From: Eledone cirrhosa
Taxonomy: Eukaryota
Direction: 5' to 3'
NCBI GenBank assembly: GCA_964016885.1
Contig: OZ024752.1
Location: 22,506,001 to 22,570,000 of the forward strand
Length of the DNA: 64,000 nucleotides
The translations under genes were made by a program, and so were the position numbers. The notes under the pieces are model-generated. The model did no database searches, was not told where the DNA came from, and saw only the letters and a program-made list of their open reading frames with translations. Below are positions 12,730 to 24,305 of the stretch, piece after piece; position 1 is the first letter of the stretch, and each line of letters begins with the position of its first letter.

Positions 12730-13700
12730 TCCTCATTACCGTTTAACGTCCATGTTTCCACACTGGCATGGGTTAGATGGATGCCTTTCCTAGTGCCAAC
12801 TTCAAATACAGTGAGTATTGGGTGCTTTTTGCTGTGATGTCTACACGACCACTTTACAGTGTGGGCTGGGTACTTTTTGCAGTGACACCTACACGACCAC
12901 TTTACAGTGTGGGCTGGGTACTTCTTGCAGTGACACCTGCACGACCACTTTACAGTGTGGGCTGGGTACTTTTTGCAGTGACACCTACACGACCACTTTA
13001 CAGTGTGGGCTGGGTACTTCTTGCAGTGACACCTACACGACCACTTTACAGTGTGGGCTGGGTACTTTTTGCAGTGACACCTACACGACCACTTTACAGT
13101 GTGGGCTGTGTACTTTTTGCAGTGACACCTACACGACCACTTTACAGTGTGGGCTGTGTACTTTTTGCAGTGACACCTACACGACCACTTTACAGTGTGG
13201 GCTGGGTACTTTTTGCAGTGACACCTACACGACCACTTTACAGTGTGGGCTGGGTACATTTTGCAGTGACACCTACACGACCACTTTACAGTGTGGGCTG
13301 GGTACTTCTTGCAGTGACACCTACACGACCACTTTACAGTGTGGACTGGGTACTTTTTGCAGTGACACCTACACGACCACTTTACAGTGTGGACTGGGTA
13401 CTTTTTGCAGTGACACCTACACGACCACTTTACAGTGTGGGCTGGAGGCTTCACTGGATGTATACTTCTGCTTGTCCTCATGGAAGATGTACATATATGC
13501 TTCAGTCTTGGTCTGTGCCCTTTGGAAGTCTGGTCTTCTGTAATACTGCGTAACACCAGAGATCTCGGTCATGTGTCATCGCCTTTGAGAGGTGCAATTG
13601 GGCAAGGTCCAGCTTTTATCACCTCGTCTCAAGCCTTCCTGGGTCGCCCCACTCCATGGCTTCCATACACTTTGAGAGCTCTGCACTTTTTTATACAGCT
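12728..13700 (-). mobile_element. RTE LINE 3' end with internally amplified 3'UTR
   Basis: Minus strand 13700-13530 encodes a decayed RTE C-terminus (GRPRKA*DEVIKA...[14 protein letters not shown]). The end at 12728 matches the termini at 39910-39960 and 46098-46160. Confidence 0.8.
12843..13445. repeat. 48-bp tandem minisatellite, about 13 copies
   Basis: Unit acacgaccactttacagtgtgggctgggtactttttgcagtgacacct, starting at 12843, 12891, 12939 and so on to 13419. Confidence 0.97.
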
Positions 13701-14469
13701 GTAAGAATCTTTGTTAAGCTATGCTTTGAATTCCAGTTTAATAATGAAAAGGTTCATTATATTAATAAATTCCTCCAAATTCATATTATTTTTCCAAATT
13801 ATTTAAACACAATGGCTAGTGTTTTTCTTAAGAATTATGGTAAATGACAGGTTAATCTTATGTAAATTAGTTGGAGCAGGATGCAATTGGGACGTCATTG
13901 ATGATGAATCATTTTCAGAAATTCTTACCCACTGGCATACAAGGCGAGTGGGCGTATAAGACGACCCCAAAATTTTCAAGTTAAAATGTAGGTTTTGAGC
14001 TATATTCACCATACAAGACACACCCAAAAATCCTATTTTAAAATGAATTTTATTGAATTTATTAAATAAATTTTTTAGTTTGTTTATAAATTTAAGAAGT
14101 CTCAGGTATATATAAAAATTTGTAAATAACATAAATTGCTTGTTCAGAAGAACATAACAGATATAGTTGTTTCTACTTTTGGCACAAGGCCAGCAATTAC
14201 CCCAGTGCATAAAAGGAAGAAGAAAAAAGGGGTGGAAGGAAAAACAAAAACGAATATCAGTTCACCACCAGGTGCGATAATCGACCCACATCACATCATA
14301 ACTAAACACTTTGAGGCAAGCCATTATGCTCGCAACATTGTCACGGGTGATGATGAGGTTAAGGCACTGAAACAACCATGTACCTTTATTGGCCTTACCT
14401 GACACCTAAGTAAGGTGAGCCGCCAGCAATGACTTGGGGCTTCCCTGGGGCCTGGCTTCTGGATCTGCG

Positions 14470-14990
14470 AGCCACACAAAAGTCGCTGTGGATTCATTGT
14501 GGACTCTTTCAGCCTCCACCTGCTTTCCTGTCGCTACAGTGTCAGCCGCCTTCCACGCCATGCTGCCCTGAATGAGGTCATAAAACATGGCTTGGATGCC
14601 TCAGGCTTCCCTCCCAGCTCGAAATGGTTGGGCTGGAGATGGCAAAAGGCCAGATGGTATGACCCCCTCGTCTGGGATGCCACTTGCAGTGACACATTCT
14701 CCAGTGGCAACCTGGTGCAGTCTGTGACTAATCCAGATTCTGTTGCACTTCGGACTGAGGAGGGTAAACTCTTCAAGTGTCAGTCGCTCTCTGACAGGTT
14801 TGCAGTCGAGCCCCTAGCAGTGGAGACTTCTAGTCCTTGGCCCTAGGACGACCTCCCTACTTACCACTATAGGCGCTGAGTTGGCTAGCCGCAGGTATGA
14901 GCCTTACGAGATGGAATGGCTCTTCCAACGCATCTCCCTTACCATCCTCCGGGGAAACGCCTTCTCCATTCCGTCCGCCGGCGCCATGGG
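14470..14990 (+). mobile_element. CRE-clade non-LTR retrotransposon, restriction-like endonuclease fragment
   Basis: HLLSCRYSVSRLPRHAALNEVIK, GDGKRPDGMT, LVWDATCSDTFS and EPLAVETSSPW fit the RH..RPD..D..K RLE layout. Confidence 0.75.
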
Positions 14991-16339
14991 GCGGCCAGCA
15001 TGTGGGACCCCATTTGCTCATAATAGAGAGAGACGGGGAGGGTGAGAGAGATGGAGGTGATGACAGTGGGAGTTTGGCTCTTCTATGTGTCAGTTGTCCA
15101 TAAGGAGGTAGTGATTCATCTATTATCTAGGGCGCTGATTTCACGGGGTGCATTTCTCCAAATCTTTGGCCTTTCTTTTATGGATAAACCTTTGTTAAAT
15201 TTTATATCAAACATCAGCTTAAAAGCATATACTTTCTTTTCACACAAATTCTACTAAAATAAACTTCCATAATCTACCCGGTACACTTACCGTTACACAG
15301 TAATGATAACACGATCAGCTGCTGTTAGTGTAAACACTGGTGACGTCACTTTAAAAAAGATACCGGTATATAAAGGTTAATATATTATTGACAATTGCTT
15401 ACAGGTAAAATATTAAAAAAATAGTTGGTGGGGTCTTGTAATAGCTGGATTCTAATAATGTTAGCCCAAATAATGCTAGTAACAAAGTGAGAGTTTGCAC
15501 CTCACCACGTGCCGACAAGAACAGGCTAGCATGCTAAACTAAGATTACCAGTCTATTCCTTGAATTATTACCGTTAACATCTTTTTTCCTGAACACTCTG
15601 GCAGAGCAAGCACTCTCTCTGTTGAACGCTTTGAACGACCCAAGGCTAACAGTTGTTTTGTTTACAGTGTCTGATGATTGTTTTGGATTTCTCTCTTGAC
15701 GAATTAGCGTTTTATTTGGCATAGGAAAGAATTTAGTGTTTCTGTGAATCAAGAAGGTTATTAATTAATAATGGACAGTAGAGCAAGACTCATAAAATAA
15801 CAGTGAAGTTCACAGTTGTATAAATAACATTACAAATTCGTAAATAACATTATAAATTGCTCGCAATTCATTCAGAAGAACATTACAAATATAATGTTGT
15901 TGATAAACACAAATATAAACGCATAAAAGAGAGAGAGAGAAAAAAAAACGACTATCAATTCACCATCAGGTGCGACAATCGACCGCACATTACATCTTAG
16001 GAGTTAACTAAACACTTTGAGGCAAGCCAATACGCTTGTAACATTACTACAAGTGATGGCGAGCCTAAGATGTTGAAACAACCAGGCGCCCCCATGAGCA
16101 TCACCTAACACCTCAGTAAGGCAAGCCATCAGTGATGACAAGGACTTCGCTTATTGTCAATCATACCACATATTATATAAGGTAACAGTACTTTCATTAC
16201 ACTAGCTTTTAATATTATAATTGTTTCACCTTTTTGGCACAAGGCCAGCAATTACCCAGTGCATTACTGGTACTTTATTTTATAATAATGTGAATTAACT
16301 TGTTTCAGTAGAAAATATTTGTGTTGATAGTTACCAAGT

Positions 16340-16950
16340 TAGGAGTTAGCCTACCATAAAAAATCTCCCATGCTAACAACTTACCATAAACCACAGGATT
16401 TAAGGTTCACATTTGCAGACTATACATTTTCTATTGGTGCCGGGTTTTTTTTAAACCGATATGTTCTACTAATTAGGGCTTTTATGGGAATGCCTGGCCT
16501 TTCAACTATCTTAATATTTAATTTTTGTTCATCTAGAGCCCTTCTAAATCTGTAAGCTAGTTCGCCTCTGGGGGTTGAATTGACGAACATTACACTCTGG
16601 TATTTATTGCTATCATACCAAGACTTCATTGATGTTTTCTTAATTATTTGTATTTTATTCCAAAATGTGCTCCTATACATGGAACAAGTCCAATTTGCAT
16701 CATTTTCTGCAATCTTTTGCCCATTTGGTCCTGGCTTTTTTATATACCCTGATCTTGTCTCTCTGATTGTAGCTAGAGTGGGTGCATGCAGTGGATGAAG
16801 TGTTGTATGTGTCCCTCTAATTCTTTAGGATTGCACATGCAGGACACATTCCTCATCACTCTTACTAAATCCGCAATCAGAATGTTTACTTCATGTTATC
16901 CAAAACGGTTGAGATTTAGTGGATCAGGTACTTGGAGGTTGTGGGTTTGG
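16340..16950 (-). mobile_element. Penelope-like element fragment (thumb/linker region, possibly Naiad-type)
   Basis: SVMFVNSTPRGELAYRFRRAL...IKIVERPGIPIKALISRT, followed after a frameshift by CIVC. Confidence 0.55.
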
Positions 16951-17300
16951 CATAATGTGAATGGAGGATTTGTGTCCTATTATTAGTTTCTAACCGGAAA
17001 TTTGTAATTAATTGAAGTGAAACCCAACAGGTGTGTGTGTTTTTGTTGGCAGCATGACCCTCCCAAAGTATAATAATATCTGTTTCAACACACGGTTTCA
17101 GATAAATCTTGCAAAACAAAGTATGTGTATATATATAAACATATATAAGCATCCAGCCCACACTTTTAATGTGGTTGGCGTTAGGAAGGGCGTCCAGCCA
17201 TAGAAATCAAGCCAGAAACAGTTCTGTATGAGCAAGACACGTTAAACAGTGATGATGATGGATATATGTGTGTGTGTTTGTTTTTTCCATACAGTGTCTT

Positions 17301-18020
17301 CTGGGTGCATTTATCATGGCCCCAGCACTACACTTTACAACATGGACTGGGTGCATTTTATTATGGCACCAGCACTACACTTTACAACATGAACTGGGTG
17401 CATTTTATCATGGCACCAGCACTACACTTTACAACATGAACTGGGTGCATTTTATCATGGCCCCAGCACTACACTTTACAACATGGACTGGGTGCATTTT
17501 ATCATGGCTCCAGCACTACACTTTACAACATGGACTGGGTGTATTTTATCATGGCCCCAGCACTACACTTTACAACATGGACTGGATGCATTTTATCATG
17601 GCACCAGCACTACACTTTACAACATGGACTGGGTGCATTTTATCATGGCACCAGCACTACACTTTACAACATGGACTGGATGCATTTTATCATGGCACCA
17701 GCACTACACTTTACAACATGGACTGGGTGTATTTTATCATGGCCCCAGCACTACACTTTACAACATGGACTGGATGCATTTTATCATGGCACCAGCACTA
17801 CACTTTACAACATGGACTGGGTGTATTTTATCATGGCCCCAGCACTACACTTTACAACATGGACTGGGTGTATTTTATCATGGCCCCAGCACTACACTTT
17901 ACAACATGGACTGGATGTATTTTATCATGGCCCCAGCACTACACTTTACAACATGGACTGGGTGTATTTTATCATGGCCCCAGCACTACACTTTACAATA
18001 TGGACTGGGTGTATTTTATG
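17301..18020. repeat. 47-bp tandem minisatellite, about 15 copies
   Basis: Unit ctgggtg[c/t]attttatcatggc[c/a]ccagcactacactttacaacatgga with period 47. Confidence 0.97.
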
Positions 18021-18386
18021 ACATAAGCACTACTGCTTTACTGAAAGTTGTGTGCATTTTATTGTGACACCAGCACTGGGGTAATTTTTGTATTTAGCAG
18101 GATAGAAACAGGCAGCGTGGGGGGGGGGGGTGAGAGTATGGTGCAAGTAGCATTGTGGAATGGGTAGCAATGGCTTCTATATGTTACTTGCTGAGAAAGA
18201 AGGAAAGAAAGTGGGAAGAGATGTTTGGATCATGGAGGTGTCCTTGAAGAGAAGGAAAGTGATGACTAACATCATCTCTTGAGGGGAGATGGGGTAAAGG
18301 TTGTAAAGTGATACACAGCATAGCATCTTAGGCAAGTGTCATTTACCATAAATTGAAAGAAATAATCCATTTTGTTTTGCTAACAC

Positions 18387-18857
18387 TTCATCTGGGATGC
18401 CACATGTTGTGACACCTTCTCCACCTCAAACTTAGTCGATTCGGCCGCAAACCCCGGTACTGAGGCCAGCCTTGCAAAGAAAAGGAAGATAAACAAATAC
18501 CAGGGATTGTCTGGCCGCTTCCTCTTTGCACCTGTTGCCGTCGAGACCTCATGCATACTTGGACCCCGTACAGTCGAGCTCCTCCGTAAGATCGGAACGT
18601 CAGCGGCCCGTCTGAGCCCTGTGAGGTGGAGTGGCTGTTGCTGATCATTGTCCGCAGGAATTCTTTTGCAGTCTTGTCCGAGAGGCGCAGCCCTTTATCG
18701 CCGTGCCCTAGGCCCAGAGCCTAATCACCCTCCCCGTTCTTCTTTTCCTTTTTTTTTTATATTTTCCCATTTTACATTCCATTCTTTCTTCTCCATCTAA
18801 ATTTTATTTTTGTTTTTCTTTTTCTATGGAAAAATTTATGCACAAAATGTAAAAATA
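18387..18857 (+). mobile_element. CRE-clade element 3' end (RLE C-terminus and T-rich 3'UTR)
   Basis: IWDATCCDTFSTSNL...KINKYQGLSGRFLFAPVAVETSCILGP, homologous to 14670-14850. Confidence 0.72.
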
Positions 18858-19040
18858 ATAATTGTTTCTACTTTTGGCACAAGGCCAGCAATTATCCAGT
18901 GTATTACTGGTACTTTATTTTATCGACCCCGTAAGGATGAAAGGCAAAGATAACCTCGGGTGGATTTGAACTCAGAATGGCAAGGGCCGTAACTCTTTGC
19001 GTCAAAGCATGGCGTCCGACCCTCTACCGATACTGCCAAA
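18858..19040 (-). mobile_element. Near full-length tRNA-derived SINE with Meta/Sauria-like central domain
   Basis: Minus strand has A-box TGGCAGTATCGG, B-box GAGTTCAAATCC, core GCCTTTCATCCTTACGGGGTCGATAAAATAAAGTACC and an ATT tail. Confidence 0.8.
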
Positions 19041-19044
19041 TGAT

Positions 19045-19330
19045 AACTATAATAACGGCAATAATAAAAAAAAGAAAAGGAAACAAAAGTAAAAAAGAAT
19101 AGGGAAATATAGAAAAAAAAGGGAAAAAGAAAGAAAAAAAGAACGGGAAGGGGAGGGGAAGGCAAGAGCTCTGATGTCGCAGAAGAGAGGGGGTGAAGGG
19201 GGAGGGTGATTGTACCTAGAGCATGGAGGCAGAAGTGCTGCGCCCCGTGGCCAGTGGCACCCGCTGCAACAGCCACCCCACTTAGCAGGGATCCTTCCTC
19301 AGACGGGCGGCCGACGTTCCGATCTAAGTG
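19045..19330 (-). mobile_element. Second CRE-like 3' end, inverted relative to 18387-18857
   Basis: Reverse complement agatcggaacgtcggccgcccgtctgag...gtggctgttgc...aatcaccctcccc matches 18590-18735. Confidence 0.65.
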
Positions 19331-21095
19331 GGACATAAATATAAACACTTCATGTGTGTGACAGCTTTTGCCATTTTTGTTGGTATTTTTGTTTGTTTGT
19401 TTTTGTTTGTTTTTTACAATTTCACTCATCTCGCGTTTTTCCTGTAGTTTTTGCTGTGCTTTGAACGAGTCTGATGTTCAAACCTGTCGGAAATTATTCG
19501 GTTTTTAGTCAGCTGGAGCATGGTGCTAAGGTGCTAGAATAGTTAAGCACCTTCACGAACGTCACCTGATACTTCATTAAGGTGAGCTGCCAACAATGAC
19601 ACAAACATCGTTGTCAGTTGTCAATGGTTCAGCTTCCCCAAATGTGTTGAATGTGACAGGCTGAAAAAAATGTGGTTTATCAATAATAAATCATGGGCTG
19701 AAGGCAAATGAGGTGGATTCATCGGGAGGGCTATTGCCTACAGAAGCATCATTGTTGAATATTGGGGTTTAGGAACGTATGGTTGACACTAGCTGAAAGT
19801 TAGACATATTTAAAGAGAGAATCTGGACTAAAATTACAGAGGTAAACTTATAGAAAAGCACCCGTTGGGGGTTCGTTGAGAAAATAAAAATTTGTCTAGG
19901 TATTTTTCGTGTGTTTTTAATCTGACCTCCGACAAGCGCGCAATCGACTTTCTTCCCCGCAAAACAGAATGGTAGGAGGGAGGCGAGTTGGGGACCCTTC
20001 AGATTTTCCTAGTCTTACAGTTTTCTTCACTGGGATTTTTTTTTTTCCTTTACTATGTTCTTTTCGTTTGTTTTCGACCAATCTGACACCCGACTCACTT
20101 ACAAACGATTCCTGTTTCCGAAAACGGGGCCGACGAGGAAGGTGGATCCTAGGTGTTCCAGATAAGCACCACTCAGCCGCTATGATCGCTAAGAACATTT
20201 TTTCCTAGGTGCTTTCGTGTTTTCATGAAAAAGACGATTACGAGCATTTCGGAGGACAGATTAATTGAACACACACGAAGGGGGTAGCGAACCCCAGCGG
20301 GTGCTTTTCTATAAATTTACCATTACAGAAACATTTGTTTAATATTCTGAATAATATGCACAAAACTGATGGAAATTTAGTACTCACATTGCAAGAGTAT
20401 AACAGGAAAGTCACACTGCATGCTAGTGTCATCATCATTAACAATTCGAAAAACATTTCCGATATTTTCACTCTTCTTTATCTTATATATATATCAGTAT
20501 CTCAGTAGATATGTATGAAATATATTGGTTTAGGTATACGTATGTATGTTACAGACAGACAATTTTAGGATACACTTAGAACATCCAGTAGAAAAGAAAC
20601 TTAGATATTATCTATCTTTACAAATAGATTATCTTACAATACAATACGTAATGATGCGATTTAGGATTCTTTTTCTAGTATTTACATGTGATAAGATCAG
20701 GGCTATTTTCCGGAAAATGCAACTTTGGCATCAATTCTAAATACCGATGTTTATATCACAATCAGCTTGAAGTTGTATCAACTGAAGCCAATAATTATAT
20801 TGTATCCTGTGCTGTTATATATATATATTTGCGTACATATGTAATATATATATATATATACGTCTCCGAGGGTTTCAGAACGAAGACTACACAATGAAAT
20901 TATTAACAAATCTAGACATTATGCTAGCTTTTGCGAAAATTCACCAAACTGTGTGACTTAGACAAGTTTTACTGAACGGGTGGAATTTCAAATGATTTTG
21001 ACGTTTGTTTGAGTTTTTGTTACGTTGGAAACACTACGTTGTTACCATGGTGACACAAGTTGTTCGGTAAAAACATAGATATGTCTATATATAAT

Positions 21096-22170
21096 ACCAG
21101 ATAGAAAAATGCGTACAGCAAAAAAAAGTAATATTGTTGGAATATAAACCTTTAAAAATACAGGACAAGAAACTAAAATAAAACTTTAAAAGAATAGGAC
21201 AAGAAACTAAGATAAAACTTTAAAAGAATAGGACAAGAAACTAAGATAAAACTTTAAAGAATTGGACAAGAAATAAAAAATTTTACAATAATATTAGTGG
21301 CAAAATTTTTATTGGTAAAAAATCGAGTTCCACATTCATAGGCTCTGGGTTCCACATTCAGAGGTCGTCAACCGGGGGGATCATTTGATCCTGGTTTGAA
21401 CACCAATTGGGCCATAACCATACCCCTATTTCATCATTCGGCGACACGCCTCATGTGTCATGCATAATGGCCCATGAGCACAGATCTTGAGCAGCAGCGA
21501 ACGGTCTTGTCGTTCCGCTCATCCTTGATCTTGACCAACCCGTCCATCTTCTCCTTGCATCTTGTCCTTGAGTTCAAGTCCGGCAGTCCAGATGAATGCG
21601 TGCCACAGCTTTCTGGTACAGGAAGGGGGAGCAGGAGGACTGGAGGGATAACGGGACAGAGGAGGGAGGACCGGTGGTTGAGGGAGGTGCCGTCGTCGGT
21701 GGTCAGAGTCGACATCTTGTCCCGGTCGTCTTCTCCATCTTCGTCTGGTGTTGCGGGACCAGAAGTGCATTCTTGGAGGAGACCTGCAGCTGCATCGGCC
21801 AATTCTTATTGCAATGGTCATTCTGACGGAGCAGAACTGCTCAGCCAACCAACCCCAACCAGAACCAACCGCTCAGGGGCAACGCACAATGAGAGCATGA
21901 CAATTATTATGCACTAATCAAGAAGATACTGGGGCATAGCACAGGAAACGAATAAAAAAATTTTGCCACTAATATTATTGTAAATTTTTTTATTTCTTGT
22001 CCAATTCTTTAAAGTTTTATTTTAGTTTCTTGTCCTATTCTTTTAAAGTTTTATCTTAGTTTCTTGTCCTATTCTTTTAAAGCTTTATTTTAGTTTCTTG
22101 TCCTGTATTTTTAAAGGTTTATATTCCAACAATATTACTTTTTTTTGCTGTACGCATTTTTCTATCTGGT
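21096..22170. mobile_element. Foldback-like element: about 218-bp inverted repeats with internal 34-bp tandem subrepeats around a GC-rich core
   Basis: 21096-21313 is the reverse complement of 21951-22170. The subrepeat aggacaagaaactaagataaaactttaaaagaat occurs about 3.5 times per arm. No TSD was seen. Confidence 0.7.
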
Positions 22171-22443
22171 CTACTATTTTTTAAGGCAATGCAAGCAACA
22201 ACTATCTAATAATTAAATGATCATAGTGAATTACTGACAAGTGATTGAAATTTTAAAGTTCTTTTGAGTATAATTGCAATCTAGTTGAGGCAACTGGCTT
22301 AATGACAAAGCTAGTAAATCATGAATGCATTTGAGATGATTAGTGCATAATAGTGAATTGGTGAAACTTGTGCATTTCAATGGTGTTACAACAATAGATG
22401 TAAGTTATATAGTAGTAATACTTGATCATTTTAACTTTTTAGA

Positions 22444-22803
22444 ATGGACAAAAACCCATGCAAAGAAATGTCTTTGACTGCAGTGATTCTCTCCAATTTA
22501 CTTACAAAGCAAAACGTGGTCAAATACCTTATCATCTCTGATAAAATGCCCATTGAATCACTGAAAATCGGATGCATGGAATTCCTCATAAAATGCACCT
22601 ATGAATCGGAAGCCATCACATATATCAATGGATATAGGGAGTTGTTCACACTGGAAGACCATCACTTCATTTGTGACTTCATCAGTTATATCCACGATTA
22701 TCTCAGACACCCAATGCCATTGATGAGAGGTGATCCAATGTGTGAGCATGTAACTAATCTTATAGAAGTTGTTATCGACCACCTGGCTTTTAGTGACATT
22801 TGA
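22444..22803 (+). CDS. Orphan 119-aa ORF of unknown function
   Basis: ATG-to-stop ORF with globular-looking composition in AT-rich DNA. No family recognised. Confidence 0.3.
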   Translation: MDKNPCKEMSLTAVILSNLLTKQNVVKYLIISDKMPIESLKIGCMEFLIKCTYESEAITYINGYRELFTLEDHHFICDFISYIHDYLRHPMPLMRGDPMCEHVTNLIEVVIDHLAFSDI

Positions 22804-23559
22804 CTGATTTGACTGATAATGATGTATTTTTAAAAAGTATGTGTACATTCTTGTTACTATTTTAAGGCAATGCAAGCAACAACTATTTAATAAAATTTAA
22901 ATTTTAAAATGACAATTGTGCATTACTAGTATGATGACATTTTATTAAGTCACAAAATTAGTCAGTCAGCCATAGAACAAGGATTAAGTGGCAAAAACAT
23001 TGGCAAAAATTTGTGTCAATTTAAGATTTCCAACATTGTTCAAATGATTCATATCTGGTTTGAAGTCAGATTTGTCAAATTTTGACCAATTTTCAATGTT
23101 GTAAAGATTGGGCAAGTTCAATTTTTGAATCATTTCTTTCATGCAGTAATTAAACTTTTCCAAACGTCGTCATTTCTGGATTACCTCCCCTAGCGTCACG
23201 CTTACTACTCACTCACTTGAACACAAGATTTATCAGCAAACTTTGATTATAAACTTTTTCCCGCTGGACCAAATTTCTAGATTTTTAAGCCAAAAGATGC
23301 GTAATGATCTACTGTTTATGCTCATATAAGTTTTATCTTAGTTAAATAAAGTAGAGCCGCGCTGTACTGTCGTAAACAGACGATTGCCAACGAAAACACG
23401 ACCACAAAAATATTACTAAACGGACTGCCGTCCGTTTAGGATATATTATATTAAATGAAAAACATTGTCTTTGATCGAGACCAAGTGAGAGTGTATTTAA
23501 ATACATATAAAATTAGGAAACTCATCACTAGAACAACCGTTAACACGGCCCATCGTTGT

Positions 23560-23699
23560 CAAAGACAGCGATGGGCAAAAAATGAACATAATGAAACAAA
23601 GCTACAACGGAACAAAATCTGCTTGTTATAGCTCACCCGACTCCTCGTGGCTTAAAATTAGCATCAACTGGCGTTTTTTCAAGGTATTTGATAAATGTT
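23560..23699 (+). mobile_element. PLE linker fragment, the target of Gypsy element A (continues at 33418-33455)
   Basis: Rejoined ...ttttttcaaggtatttgataaa-TGTT-tccacaaatcacataggaatgagtgtaac matches the uninterrupted homolog at 11280-11392. Confidence 0.8.
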
Positions 23700-24076
23700 T
23701 ATAACGAAGATTACGTGTCGCTGGAGATATTCAATTTATTGATTCAGAAGACAATGACAAAAACGACATAATCCGTGATAACAAAAATTCATTTTTATTT
23801 GTTGTACAAATATGGAATCGAAAATAACAAGAGAAGGTTGAGCAAGTCTTCACATCGTGTTGGCTGCATGGACGTCTTGATGCTGGTCGTTCAGTGAACT
23901 CTCTCTGTGTCTCTCTGCCTGTCAGCCAACTGTGTCTCTGGTCCCGCAACTTGTCTCGATCCGCTGAGGGCCCTGATTGGCTACTTCAGCCAATTCACCT
24001 CTGTGACACCATTCTTTCGCCAAAGGAAAATACATTTAACCGCAAAGGAAAATATATAATAATTCTGTTCACTACA
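23700..24076 (-). repeat. 3' LTR of element A
   Basis: Direct repeat of 33052-33417. The minus strand begins TGTAGTGAAC and ends CGTTATA. Confidence 0.93.
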
Positions 24077-24305
24077 GTACCCTCCGTTTAGATCGAAGAT
24101 CGATATCAATACATGAGTAGTGCAAAATATGCAATATGTCTACATGACATCAAACAATAAAAAATCATCGGGTACACTGAGAAAAAATACATGTATGAAT
24201 ACAACCAAGAGAAATGAAACAACATAATTGAACAAGCAAAAGTAATTGTTTACATAAGAGTCAAAAGTTTGAACAATATCACAGTTCATATATAGATTGT
24301 TTTAC

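Noticed and set aside
12552-13556. Long repetitive ORFs (334, 258 and 241 aa) with Cys/His-rich 16-aa repeats
   Set aside because: They are by-products of a stop-free 48-bp unit inside an RTE 3'UTR, are open in several frames, and one runs into (TA)n.
17268-18067. ORFs in all three plus frames over the 47-bp array
   Set aside because: The same peptides cycle through the frames, which is a tandem-repeat artefact.
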